A DNA stretch of 47,709 nucleotides from the NCBI GenBank assembly GCA_964522785.1, contig CAZFWO010000001.1, forward strand, positions 32,850-80,558. Reading direction: 5' to 3'. Shown piece after piece: positions 10,287-19,826 of the stretch (its first letter is position 1; every line of letters begins with the position of its first letter). The DNA comes from an uncultured Desulfurellales bacterium (GTDB lineage Bacteria > Campylobacterota_A > Desulfurellia > Desulfurellales > Hippeaceae). A model generated the notes under the pieces. That model was not told where the DNA came from, did no database searches, and worked only from the letters and a program-made list of their open reading frames with translations. Position numbers and translations under genes: made by a program.

Positions 10287-10997
10287 ATGTTAAAAGTGGA
10301 AAATGTTAGTGTATACTATGACCGTGCGATAGCCATCGATAATGTGTCAATAGAGGTTAAGGAAGGTGAGGCTGTCTGTGTACTTGGCGCAAATGGCGCC
10401 GGGAAAACCACACTCTTAAACGCTATATTTAATATAGTTAAAAAATCGGGTAGGGTTGTTCTGTCAGATGAAGATATAACGAATATGGCTACATACAAGA
10501 TAGTTGAACGTGGTGTTGTTTATGTACCCGACAAAAGAACGATATTTAATGAATTGAGTGTATATGAAAATATAGAGGTTGCAGCGTATAAGATTATAAA
10601 AAAGAACGGCAGAAAATATTTCTTAAAGAATTTGGACGGTATATTTGAGCACTTCGGAAATCTGGAAGAGAAAAGATTTCTGCAGGCAGGGTATCTATCG
10701 GGTGGAGAACAGCAAATGTTGTCAATAGCACAAGGTTTGATTAGGTCTCCTAAAATGTTTGTAATGGATGAACCTACTGCAGGTTTGTCGCCAAAATTAA
10801 TGAATGCCGTATTCGATATTGTATACTTTATGAAAAAACAGAGAATAACTGTTTTGGTGGTTGAACAAAATGTAAATAAAACTTTGGCAGCTACAGACAG
10901 GGCATATATAATGGAGGTTGGCAAGATTGTAAATAGCGATCTGTCCTGTAATTTATTGAATTCGGAGAGTATTAAAAAAGCATATCTTGGGGGATAG
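10287..10997 (+). CDS. livF: branched-chain amino acid ABC transporter ATP-binding protein (LivF type)
   Basis: Walker A LGANGAGKTTLLN, signature LSGGEQQML, Walker B FVMDEPTAGLSP. ATG 10287 follows the livG stop (10283-10285). The listed TTG 10275 is an alternative start. Confidence 0.9.
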   Translation: MLKVENVSVYYDRAIAIDNVSIEVKEGEAVCVLGANGAGKTTLLNAIFNIVKKSGRVVLSDEDITNMATYKIVERGVVYVPDKRTIFNELSVYENIEVAAYKIIKKNGRKYFLKNLDGIFEHFGNLEEKRFLQAGYLSGGEQQMLSIAQGLIRSPKMFVMDEPTAGLSPKLMNAVFDIVYFMKKQRITVLVVEQNVNKTLAATDRAYIMEVGKIVNSDLSCNLLNSESIKKAYLGG

Positions 10998-11897
10998 ATG
11001 TTTAAAAAAGTAGGTATTATAGCAAAAGCAAGTGTAGGAAATATAGACAAAGTAATAAAACCGCTGATAGATTATCTAAGAAAACAAGATGTTGATGTTA
11101 TTTTGGGGTGTGAAGCGGCAAGTTCTATAGAAAATACAGAGTGTATTGAAAGAGATAAGATAGCATCAAGTGTTGACCTTATCATAGTTTTGGGAGGCGA
11201 CGGCACATTTATTGCAGCAACCCGCTCAATAAATAAATTGGGAAGAGATATACCTGTTTTAGGGATTAACTTGGGCAGTATGGGATTTTTAACAGAAGTT
11301 CCCCTTGTGGATATGTATAATGTGCTTGATAATATTTTCATTGACAAAAAATATGTTATAGAAGAAAGAATGATGATAGATGTTAAGTTGTACAATAATA
11401 AAAAACTTCTATATAAAGAAACGGTATTTAATGATGCAGTTATAAATAAGGGAGCTTTAGCAAGAATTATTAAAATAAGGGTTATGGCTAAGATGAGGGA
11501 TGCAGAACATCTTGTAGCCATATATCATGCTGACGGATTGATTATCTCCACACCCTCGGGCTCAACTGCATATAACCTGGCAGCCGGAGGACCAATAGTT
11601 TATCCTACCATGGATTCATTTGTATGTACGCCTATCTGCCCTCACACACTATCAAACAGGCCGCTTGTTATTCCTGATAATATTGAGCTTATATTAAAGC
11701 TGGAATGCGAATCCGAGGATGTCATGCTTACACTTGATGGTCAGATAGGTTATAAAATAGATGAAGACATCACTGTGTATATATCGAAATCCAAAAGGCG
11801 AATAAAGATATTAACCTCAAAAGACAAGAATTACTTTGATATATTGAGGTCAAAGCTTGGGTGGGAGGAGAGAAAAGTTAGAAATATAAAATGTTGA
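10998..11897 (+). CDS. nadK: NAD kinase
   Basis: VLGGDGTFIAATR and ISTPSGSTAYNLAAGGPIV motifs. The ATG directly abuts the livF TAG. Confidence 0.9.
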   Translation: MFKKVGIIAKASVGNIDKVIKPLIDYLRKQDVDVILGCEAASSIENTECIERDKIASSVDLIIVLGGDGTFIAATRSINKLGRDIPVLGINLGSMGFLTEVPLVDMYNVLDNIFIDKKYVIEERMMIDVKLYNNKKLLYKETVFNDAVINKGALARIIKIRVMAKMRDAEHLVAIYHADGLIISTPSGSTAYNLAAGGPIVYPTMDSFVCTPICPHTLSNRPLVIPDNIELILKLECESEDVMLTLDGQIGYKIDEDITVYISKSKRRIKILTSKDKNYFDILRSKLGWEERKVRNIKC

Positions 11898-13429
11898 AAA
11901 GGATAGAGATTAAAAATTTTTTAACCATAGAACATATTATTCTGGATTTAGATGAAAAACTGACAGCTATAATAGGGGAATCTGGTGCAGGTAAATCACT
12001 TGTACTAAGAGCTATTGAGAGTGTATTTTTACAAAAAACTCCTACCGATATAATTGGTAAGTTTGATACAAAGAGTTCCATAAAACTATTCTTTGAGTTA
12101 AATGATAAACAAAAAGATATGTTGTCAAATTTCGGTGTGGATGAAGATGAAATTGTGATAGAGAAAGTTATACTAAATAGGAAGACAAAATCCTACATTA
12201 ACCACGAACCTGTGAGCGTAAAGTTGCTTTTTGAGTTGAAGGATGTTTTGTTTAATATAATATCTCAAAATTACAGGTTTGAAGCCTTTAGAACGTATAA
12301 CATACTGTATATGTTGGATAGGCTTGTCGAAAAAAATGTAATAAGCGAGTTTGAAGATATATACGATAGGTTTGAAGAGATAAACAAAGAGGAAGAGGAT
12401 ATAAAAAATAAGATTAACGACATAGATTCAAAACATCCTGAAGTTTTGCTTGAATCGATAGAAGCGGTTAATCCGAAAAACGGAGAATATGATAGCCTGT
12501 TGGATAAATCAAAGAGGATAAAATCGGTATCGTTTGTTAAAGGCGAAGTTCAAAGGATGATCGATGAACTGTATGAAAATGAGAACAGCATAGAGCGTAA
12601 AATTGGTAGATTTGCACAATCAAGCCAAAAGATAGAATCTCTCGGTTTTAATATTTCTCATATAAAAACCGTTTTTGATGATATGACAGATAGTATTGCC
12701 AATATAAAGGGTGATTTGTATGATATGTTAAACGACAGCTATGAAAAGGATGACATAGACTCCATAGAATCAAGACTGTTTGAACTCGAACAGTTACAGA
12801 GAAAGTTTAACAAAAGGTTAGATGATATAATAAATGAAAGAGAGAAACTGTACGAGTTGCTGAAAGAAAAAGAGAGACTCGAATATGCACTGCATAAAAT
12901 AAGGCAAAAAAAAGAAGAGTTGGGAAAGGATCTCAAAAATAAAGCTGAAAAATTGACAGATGAGAGAAAAAAAGCCTCTTATCAAATAAAGTCTGCAATT
13001 AAAGCATTTTTAAACAAACTGATACTTGAAAAAGGCAGAGTGGAATTTGAGTTTTCAAAAAAGGATATAGGCAAAAACGGTCAAGATAGTGTAAACATAC
13101 TATTTAGTGCCAACCCCGACATAGAGCCCGACAGAATAGATAAGGTAGCCTCAGGAGGTGAGCGTTCAAGATTTATACTCGCTACGGTGTGTGCAAGTTC
13201 TGTTATTGAGAACAACAATGATACAATTATTTTGGATGAAATAGAGTCCGGCATAAGCGGTCAGACGCTTAAAAAAACCGCAGAGGTAATAAAAGAACTC
13301 TCTTTTGCAAATCAGGTTATGTTGGTTACACATAATGAGTTTTTATCAAATATTTCAAATAGTGTGTTTAGAATAGTCAAGGTTTTTGACGGAACAAATA
13401 CGAAGAGTCTTGCTAAGAAGGTAGTATAA
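11891..13429 (+). CDS. recN: DNA repair protein RecN
   Basis: N-terminal Walker A GESGAGKS, a long coiled-coil middle, and C-terminal ASGGERSRF signature plus IILDEIESG Walker B. The nadK-recN adjacency matches the established E. coli context. Confidence 0.85.
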   Translation: MLKRIEIKNFLTIEHIILDLDEKLTAIIGESGAGKSLVLRAIESVFLQKTPTDIIGKFDTKSSIKLFFELNDKQKDMLSNFGVDEDEIVIEKVILNRKTKSYINHEPVSVKLLFELKDVLFNIISQNYRFEAFRTYNILYMLDRLVEKNVISEFEDIYDRFEEINKEEEDIKNKINDIDSKHPEVLLESIEAVNPKNGEYDSLLDKSKRIKSVSFVKGEVQRMIDELYENENSIERKIGRFAQSSQKIESLGFNISHIKTVFDDMTDSIANIKGDLYDMLNDSYEKDDIDSIESRLFELEQLQRKFNKRLDDIINEREKLYELLKEKERLEYALHKIRQKKEELGKDLKNKAEKLTDERKKASYQIKSAIKAFLNKLILEKGRVEFEFSKKDIGKNGQDSVNILFSANPDIEPDRIDKVASGGERSRFILATVCASSVIENNNDTIILDEIESGISGQTLKKTAEVIKELSFANQVMLVTHNEFLSNISNSVFRIVKVFDGTNTKSLAKKVV

Positions 13430-13432
13430 AAA

Positions 13433-14479
13433 ATGAAAAACATAGCAATAACGGGAGGGGGCACGGGAGGACATCTGTTTGCCTCTCTGTCTTTTGCAAA
13501 GTATGTAAAAAAATTAGGATATAATCCTATAATTATAGGCTCTGTTTTCGGCATAGAAAATACACTCCTAAAAAAGTATGATTACGAATATATTCTGCTC
13601 AAAACAAAGGGATTCAGTGGAAAATCGAAAAAAGAAAAGTTGATAAGCTCTATCAATTTATTGAATGCTACAATAAAGATGACAACTATACTGAAGAAAA
13701 AAAAACCTGTTTTTTCAATAGGTTTTGGTGGATATACAACATTGCCCGTAATCTTTGCATCAAAAATTGCCGGCATAAAATCGGCAATAGTTGAACAAAA
13801 TTCTATTGCCGGCAAAGCCAATAGACTTTTATCAAGGATATCCGATGCGGTATTTGTAAATTTTGAAACCACAAAGAGTCAATTTGTAAATAAAAACACG
13901 TTTGTTGTTGGTAACCCTGTGCGTAGTGAGATATATATAGATAAAAGATATTTCAATAAAAAACGCTATATAATAGGCATAATGGGCGGAAGCAGGGGTG
14001 CAAGAAGTATAAACAGCGCAATGGCAAATCTTGCAGAATATTCAAGTATTGACATAAAAGTAATTCATCAGACAGGAAAAGAAGATTTTAAAAAAATTGA
14101 AGCGATATATGCCAAGCATAAGCCGGATTGGCAGGCCTTTCCTTTTATTGACGATATGAGTGAATTCTATAAAAATATAGATTTTATTGTGTGCAGAGCC
14201 GGGGCAAGTACGCTAAGTGAAATTGCGTGCGCATCGTTGGGTTCGTTGCTTATTCCTTATCCATACGCTATATATAACCACCAATACTACAATGCAATGG
14301 AATTTGTCAAGAGAGGCGCTGCAATACTGCTTGAAGATAAAAAAATAAGTGGAAAAATAATTGAGAATGTTATATCATCCTTGAACGAATCTAAGTTGAG
14401 GGTTTTGTCAGACAATGCTAAATCTATGTGTAAAAGGTCTGTGTGTGAAATTATTTTCGAAACAATTCAAATGTTATAA
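13433..14479 (+). CDS. murG: UDP-GlcNAc:lipid I N-acetylglucosaminyltransferase MurG
   Basis: N-terminal ITGGGTGGH loop and C-terminal VCRAGASTLSEI...NHQYYNA block of GT28/MurG. Confidence 0.85.
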   Translation: MKNIAITGGGTGGHLFASLSFAKYVKKLGYNPIIIGSVFGIENTLLKKYDYEYILLKTKGFSGKSKKEKLISSINLLNATIKMTTILKKKKPVFSIGFGGYTTLPVIFASKIAGIKSAIVEQNSIAGKANRLLSRISDAVFVNFETTKSQFVNKNTFVVGNPVRSEIYIDKRYFNKKRYIIGIMGGSRGARSINSAMANLAEYSSIDIKVIHQTGKEDFKKIEAIYAKHKPDWQAFPFIDDMSEFYKNIDFIVCRAGASTLSEIACASLGSLLIPYPYAIYNHQYYNAMEFVKRGAAILLEDKKISGKIIENVISSLNESKLRVLSDNAKSMCKRSVCEIIFETIQML

Positions 14480-14491
14480 TAGGATAAAAAT

Positions 14492-15238
14492 ATGAAAGCT
14501 ATAGCAATAACCAATCAAAAGGGCGGGGTAGGCAAAACTACAACGGCAATCAATCTTGGTGCGTCACTTGCTATTTACGGTAAAAGAGTACTTATCATAG
14601 ATATGGATCCTCAGGCAAATGCCACAAGTGGACTCGGTGTTGAGAAAGACATCTGTATCTACCATGCTTTGATTGGGAAGAAGCGCATCAATTCGATTAT
14701 TATTCCAACAGAAACAAACAATCTCTATCTTATACCGTCCAATATTTCATTGATTGGCGCTGAGGTGGAATTAGTAAATAAAAACAATAAAGAAAGGATA
14801 TTAAAAGGTTTGCTGAGTGATATTCACGGTTTTGACTATGTACTGTTTGATTGTCCACCATCTTTGGGTTTATTGACTATCAATGCTCTCGTGGCTTCAA
14901 ATTCTGCTTTGGTTCCTGTACAGTGTGAATATTTTGCTATGGAAGGGCTTGCTCAACTGTTGCACACTATAAATCTTGTAAAAAAGACATTTAATCCGAC
15001 GCTAAAAATAGAAGGAATACTCCTCACTATGCATGACAAGAGAAATAATCTGTCAAAGCAAGTGGAGATGGAGTTAAAAAGACACTTTCCAAAACAGATA
15101 TTCAAAACGCTGATACCGCGAAACGTGAGACTATCTGAAGCTCCTAGCTTTGGAAAATCCATACTGTCCTATGATGTGAAGTCGAAGGGCAGCCAAAGTT
15201 ATATGTCTTTGGCTAAAGAGGTTTTGAGGTATGCGTAA
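14492..15238 (+). CDS. parA: chromosome partitioning ATPase ParA/Soj
   Basis: Deviant Walker A NQKGGVGKTTTAINLG, a DCPPSLG block, and a parB gene immediately downstream. Confidence 0.92.
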   Translation: MKAIAITNQKGGVGKTTTAINLGASLAIYGKRVLIIDMDPQANATSGLGVEKDICIYHALIGKKRINSIIIPTETNNLYLIPSNISLIGAEVELVNKNNKERILKGLLSDIHGFDYVLFDCPPSLGLLTINALVASNSALVPVQCEYFAMEGLAQLLHTINLVKKTFNPTLKIEGILLTMHDKRNNLSKQVEMELKRHFPKQIFKTLIPRNVRLSEAPSFGKSILSYDVKSKGSQSYMSLAKEVLRYA

Positions 15239-16043
15239 AAACGATTCGCGTCTTGGGAAGGGTTTGTCGGCTATTTTTGGCGATATAGAAAACATAGAAG
15301 ATGAAAGCAAAATAGAGAACATATCACTTAAATTGATAGTAAGAAATCCTTATCAACCGAGAGAAAATTTTAATAAAGAAAGCTTAAATGAACTTGCAGA
15401 ATCTATTAAAGAAAAAGGTATAATACAGCCGATAGTTGTAAGACAAAAAGAAGATAAATATGAAATAGTGGTAGGTGAACGGAGATTTATAGCAGCTAGG
15501 CTTGCTGGCTTGTCGTATATACCTGTTATAGTAAAGAATATAACAGATCAGGAGTCTGCTGAGATAGCCTTAATAGAGAATATTCAGAGAGAGGATTTGA
15601 ATCCTATAGAAGAAGCATTTGCGTACAAAAATCTGATGGAAAAATTCAACTATACTCAAGATGATGTGGCAAAAAAGGTAGGCAAAGAGAGAACAACAAT
15701 AAGCAACACGCTAAGATTGTTGAATTTACCAGAGGAAATTATAGAGATGATAAAAAACAGGGAGATAACAGCAGGGCATGCAAGGGCAATACTCTCTCTA
15801 AAAGATAGAGAATCACAGAGAGAGCTGGCAAAAGATATAAGAGATAAAAAAATGAGCGTTAGGGATGCAGAGGAAGAAGCCAGGAGAAAAAAAGATTCAT
15901 ATGAGTATGGAGAGTATGAAGAAAGGCTAAAAAAGATTTTTAAAAATGCTAAAATAAAATATAAAAACAATAAAGGAAAAATCGAGATAGATTTCAGAGA
16001 TGAGTATGAATTAAATTTTATCTTTAAAAGAATGGGTTTGTGA
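15231..16043 (+). CDS. parB: chromosome partitioning protein ParB/Spo0J
   Basis: IIQPIVVRQ, VVGERRFIAARLAG and ALIENIQREDLNPIEEA ParB boxes. It overlaps the parA end by 8 nt. Confidence 0.92.
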   Translation: MRKNDSRLGKGLSAIFGDIENIEDESKIENISLKLIVRNPYQPRENFNKESLNELAESIKEKGIIQPIVVRQKEDKYEIVVGERRFIAARLAGLSYIPVIVKNITDQESAEIALIENIQREDLNPIEEAFAYKNLMEKFNYTQDDVAKKVGKERTTISNTLRLLNLPEEIIEMIKNREITAGHARAILSLKDRESQRELAKDIRDKKMSVRDAEEEARRKKDSYEYGEYEERLKKIFKNAKIKYKNNKGKIEIDFRDEYELNFIFKRMGL

Positions 16044-17701
16044 AAAAGTTTTTATTTGTGTTTATGATTTTTTTTTGTTTTTCGTCATACGGTGCAGTTT
16101 TGAGGGTAGGGGGGGTTGTAAAAAATGAGCACAACACCCCTGTAGATGAGGTTGAGGTTAACATACTATACAGCGATAAAGCAATAGCGCACACGCTGAC
16201 AACCTCAAATGGGAGCTATTTTGTAGAGGCGCCCATAAAAAATTCTATTAATACATCAAAGTTATTTGTGGAATTCAAAAAAACAACATACAAAGCAGAA
16301 AAAAAGCATTTGACAGATATTTTGGAAAGCAAGGGGCATGATAATTCCTCAATTTATATCGGTACGTTAAATCAAACGCTTTTAAGGTCAATTACGCCTG
16401 CGTTCTGGATATCTATTATTGTGCTTGTTTCCATATTTGCACTTATATCATTTGAGGTTTTGCATAGAACAGTTGCCGCTATTATAGGTGCCAGTGTTCT
16501 TTTATTTATTTCCTATACAATTGGTACGTTCAATGAAAATTATTTTGTTATATCCTTTGAAGAGGCAGTGCGTGCTATAGACTTTAATGTTATATTCCTT
16601 TTAATGAGCATGATGATAATTGTGGGTGTTATGAAAAAAACAGGCATATTCCAATGGCTTGCCTATAAATCATATGCCTTATCAAAGGGCAATGTATTTA
16701 AGCTTTCCATTATATTGATGTTTATTACGGCTATTGCAAGTGCATTTTTGGATAACGTTACTACTATGTTATTACTTGCTCCTATATCAATAGAAATAGC
16801 AATTATGTTAAGAATAAACCCAGCCAGTCTTTTGATGCCTGAAGTTTTGGCGTCTAATATGGGTGGAACGGCAACGCTTATAGGCGATCCACCCAATATA
16901 ATGATAGGATCGTTTGCACATCTTACATTTAATGATTTTGTTATTAATTTAACGCCTGTAATTTTTATAATATTGATTGTAAATGTTTTTGTTATGAAGA
17001 TTTATTATGGTAAAGAGTATAAAAAAGGTAAGTTAGATAATGTGAATGAGCTATTGGAAAAATTGAAAGAAGAATACAAAATTACCAATGCAAAACTCCT
17101 TAAGCACTCGTTGGTGGTTTTGGGATTTGTAATTATTTTATTTGTCATACATGGTTTTTTACACATGGAGCCGTCTATTGCTGCAATGACGGGAGCTGCT
17201 TTAATTTTGCTTTTAAGCGGAGCTGATATAACAGAGGTCATGGAACACGAGGTTGAATGGACAACGTTGGTATTTTTTATGATGCTGTTTATTATAGTCG
17301 GTGCTGCCGTAGAAACAGGATTTATTTCACTTATTGCAACATGGGTTAAGGATCTGTCAGGGAATAGTCTTATTTTGGCTATTATATTTGTTATGTGGGT
17401 TAGCGCTATTGCATCAGCTATTGTTGACAATATACCATTTACGGCAACAATGCTCCCTGTTGTTGCATATTTAACGCAAACCATACCGAACGCCGGAAAT
17501 ACCCTGTGGTGGGCTCTGGCGCTCGGAGCATGTTTGGGTGGTAACGGAACGCTAATCGGTGCAAGCGCGAATGTTGTTACAGCGGGTTTTGCCGAAAGAT
17601 CAGGATATCCTATTACGTTTGGATCTTTCTTGAAAGTTGGGGGACCGGCAATGGTTATTTCGGTTACCATTTCTATGGTATGGTTATTGGTAGGGGGGTA
17701 A
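16040..17701 (+). CDS. ArsB/NhaD-superfamily (citrate-transporter-like) permease with N-terminal signal peptide and a small extracytoplasmic beta domain
   Basis: GTG start overlapping the parB TGA. Residues 1-~110 are a signal peptide plus a carboxypeptidase-regulatory-like pattern (VGGVVKNEHNTPVDEVEVNIL...TTSNGSYFVEAP). The rest is polytopic, with duplicated halves and GGTATLIGDPPNIMI / GGNGTLIGASANVV motifs typical of this permease superfamily. Confidence 0.75.
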   Translation: MKKFLFVFMIFFCFSSYGAVLRVGGVVKNEHNTPVDEVEVNILYSDKAIAHTLTTSNGSYFVEAPIKNSINTSKLFVEFKKTTYKAEKKHLTDILESKGHDNSSIYIGTLNQTLLRSITPAFWISIIVLVSIFALISFEVLHRTVAAIIGASVLLFISYTIGTFNENYFVISFEEAVRAIDFNVIFLLMSMMIIVGVMKKTGIFQWLAYKSYALSKGNVFKLSIILMFITAIASAFLDNVTTMLLLAPISIEIAIMLRINPASLLMPEVLASNMGGTATLIGDPPNIMIGSFAHLTFNDFVINLTPVIFIILIVNVFVMKIYYGKEYKKGKLDNVNELLEKLKEEYKITNAKLLKHSLVVLGFVIILFVIHGFLHMEPSIAAMTGAALILLLSGADITEVMEHEVEWTTLVFFMMLFIIVGAAVETGFISLIATWVKDLSGNSLILAIIFVMWVSAIASAIVDNIPFTATMLPVVAYLTQTIPNAGNTLWWALALGACLGGNGTLIGASANVVTAGFAERSGYPITFGSFLKVGGPAMVISVTISMVWLLVGG

Positions 17702-17702
17702 A

Positions 17703-18158
17703 ATGAATCAAAACAATAAAAAAATCGTATTAATTGTAAAAGCATCTGAAGTTGGAGAACGTGCCTTAAAAAAATCAATCGACATCTTAGAGGAATTTAA
17801 ATGTAGAAAATTGTATCTATTGTTCGTTGTGGATAGTGATTTTTTTTCAGGTATAGCAAGTAGCTATATAAAATCTGAAAAGTATGTGGAAAAAGGTTTG
17901 GAAGATATAGGTGATGCTATCTTGAGAAAAATGGAAGAGTTGGTTAAGGAAAGCAAAAAAGATATTAGCACTGAAAGGATTATTCTGTATGGAGATACAG
18001 CTGAAGAAGTATTAAATTTTGTAAAAAATAATAACGTGGATATGCTGATTATACCTAAGGATAAAAGAGGTCCTATAGAAAAATCCTTAACGGGGGGGGA
18101 TATAACCCGTTTTATCAAGGAAATAGAGGAGTATACAATACCTGTTATGGTGGAGTAA
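17703..18158 (+). CDS. universal stress protein family (UspA-like)
   Basis: Size is ~150 aa with the layout KIVLIV....LYLLFVV...VDMLIIPKDKRG. It starts 1 nt after the permease stop. Confidence 0.7.
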   Translation: MNQNNKKIVLIVKASEVGERALKKSIDILEEFKCRKLYLLFVVDSDFFSGIASSYIKSEKYVEKGLEDIGDAILRKMEELVKESKKDISTERIILYGDTAEEVLNFVKNNNVDMLIIPKDKRGPIEKSLTGGDITRFIKEIEEYTIPVMVE

Positions 18159-18163
18159 TTTAA

Positions 18164-18192
18164 TTGACATAAAATCCATAATGTGATAGTTT
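18164..18192 (+). promoter_or_regulatory. putative sigma70-type promoter of the atp/tol-pal gene string
   Basis: TTGACA (18164-18169), a 17-nt spacer, then extended -10 TGaTAGTTT (18184-18192). It lies in the only plus-strand gap longer than 25 nt between 2183 and 30907. RBS GGGAGGG is at 18221-18227 before ATG 18237. Confidence 0.45.
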
Positions 18193-18236
18193 AACACGAA
18201 ATTTTTATTACAAGGGTCTTGGGAGGGTTAAAACGT

Positions 18237-18653
18237 ATGGTTGATTTAAATTCTACTATTATTACTCAGATGTTAGGGTTTCTGATACTTTTATTTATAT
18301 TGAATGCTATGCTATACAAACCTGTACTTAGAGTAATAGAGCAGAGAAGAAAAACTATTGATGGTATAATTAAACAGGCGGACAGTTTGCAGCTAAAAGC
18401 CAAAGAAAATGATAATGCTTATTTCTCTAAATTGTCGGATGCCGAAAATGAGGCAAAAAGGGAATATAACGATATTCTTTCTGTGGCTGCAGAAGAAAAA
18501 GAAAAACTGGTATCTGAAGAAGCTTTAAAGGCACGCAAGATTATAGAAACTCATAAACGCCAAATTCAAGAATCTTTGGACTCTGAGATTAAAAAGTCGC
18601 AACAGTACAGCGCTGATATTTCAAATAAGATATATGAACAACTTGTAGGATAG
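18237..18653 (+). CDS. F0F1 ATP synthase b-type subunit (first of two, b')
   Basis: One N-terminal TM helix (ITQMLGFLILLFILNAMLY) followed by a long charged helix, sitting first in the atp cluster. ATG 18237 is preferred over the listed TTG 18219 because of RBS spacing. Confidence 0.8.
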   Translation: MVDLNSTIITQMLGFLILLFILNAMLYKPVLRVIEQRRKTIDGIIKQADSLQLKAKENDNAYFSKLSDAENEAKREYNDILSVAAEEKEKLVSEEALKARKIIETHKRQIQESLDSEIKKSQQYSADISNKIYEQLVG

Positions 18654-18663
18654 GAGGATTTTT

Positions 18664-19200
18664 ATGAAAATTTTAGTTAGTTTGTTTTTATTGGTGCTTA
18701 CACCATGTATCGCTTTTGGTGCTGAGTCAAATTCGATTAATCCGCATATGTGGTGGAGAATAATAGATTTTATTATTTTTGCTGGGTTTATTTATTATTT
18801 TTTGAAAAAGCCTATAGTTAATTATTTTAAAACAAGAAAAGAGACTATTCACAACAACCTTGCAGAAGCAGAGCGTATGAAAAAGGAAGCCGAGCGTTTG
18901 CTTAAAGAGACAGAGAGTAAATTATCACAGCTTGACAGTGAAATAGAAAGAATAGTACAAACATTCAAATCTATGGCGAAAAATGAAAGAGAGAACATAT
19001 TAAAGGAGGCGCAAGCCGCAATTAAAAGAATAGAAGAAAATATAGAGGATGAAAAATTATCATTGTTAAGCAGGGCTAAATTTGAGTTGTTAAAAAGAAT
19101 GACTGCTGAAGCTATAAGTAATGTAAAGAAAAAATTATCGAGTTTAAAACACGACGAGCATGCGAATATAAACAAAAAATTCATAAGGAGTATTACATAA
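18664..19200 (+). CDS. atpF: F0F1 ATP synthase subunit b
   Basis: N-terminal hydrophobic segment plus a long charged coiled helix, positioned between b' and delta. Confidence 0.8.
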   Translation: MKILVSLFLLVLTPCIAFGAESNSINPHMWWRIIDFIIFAGFIYYFLKKPIVNYFKTRKETIHNNLAEAERMKKEAERLLKETESKLSQLDSEIERIVQTFKSMAKNERENILKEAQAAIKRIEENIEDEKLSLLSRAKFELLKRMTAEAISNVKKKLSSLKHDEHANINKKFIRSIT

Positions 19201-19808
19201 TGATTGATAGAAGAATATCGATGAGGTATGCAAAGGCACTGAACAAGATTTGTGATGATAGTAATATAAAATTGTCGGATGCGTTAACACACTTAAGTTA
19301 TTTTGATAAAATAATGAAAGAAAATCCTAAGATTCCCGAATTCCTGAAAATGAGTACAATACAGGCTGAAAGAAAGGCTAAACTTGTTGATGAACTTTTC
19401 TCAAGGAAGGGAGATTTTTATATTAAACAATTTGTAAATAAGGATATTGCCGATAGACTCGCTTCTCATGCTCAGGATATGTTAAAAGAGTTTGTGAAGT
19501 ATATAGTGGCAAAAAATAGACTTGCTCTTTTTAGTGAGATTCTGGAGATTTTCGAGGAGTTGGTGAACGAAAGAGAAAATAAATTAAAATCAACGGTAAA
19601 AAGTGCTATTGAACTTGATAATACTACGAAAGATGAACTAAAAAAACATCTTGAGAAGAAATTCAATAAAACTATAGACTTTACATTTTCTGTGGATGAG
19701 AGCTTAATGGCTGGAATAATAGTAAAAATAGGCGATGTTGTGTATGATGGAAGTATGAATACGTACTTAAATAATCTTGAACGCAAACTTTTAAGATTGC
19801 CACTATAA
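19200..19808 (+). CDS. atpH: F0F1 ATP synthase subunit delta (OSCP)
   Basis: Its position and the C-terminal VDESLMAGIIVKIGDVVYDGS block are typical of delta. Its ATG overlaps the atpF TAA by 1 nt. Confidence 0.85.
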   Translation: MIDRRISMRYAKALNKICDDSNIKLSDALTHLSYFDKIMKENPKIPEFLKMSTIQAERKAKLVDELFSRKGDFYIKQFVNKDIADRLASHAQDMLKEFVKYIVAKNRLALFSEILEIFEELVNERENKLKSTVKSAIELDNTTKDELKKHLEKKFNKTIDFTFSVDESLMAGIIVKIGDVVYDGSMNTYLNNLERKLLRLPL

Positions 19809-19826
19809 AAAAAGGAGGAGTGTTTA

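Noticed and set aside
10520-11050. 176-aa minus-strand ORF
   Set aside because: It is antisense to livF and the nadK start, with no RBS or motif.
11891-13429. SMC-like ATPase as part of a defence system (Lamassu/Wadjet-like)
   Set aside because: The architecture and the nadK-recN adjacency are the canonical RecN context, and no nuclease or kleisin-like partners follow; the next gene is murG.
14492-16043. parAB implying oriC or parS sites in the window
   Set aside because: I found no TGTTNCACGTGAAACA-like palindrome and no DnaA-box cluster by eye. The only near-match, ATATCCACA at 2307-2315, is single and lies within a coding region. The search by eye was not exhaustive.
17005-17778. 257-aa minus-strand ORF
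   Set aside because: It is almost entirely antisense to the well-supported permease gene, extending slightly into the usp start. It is an Ile/Ala/Thr-rich mirror translation with no motifs.
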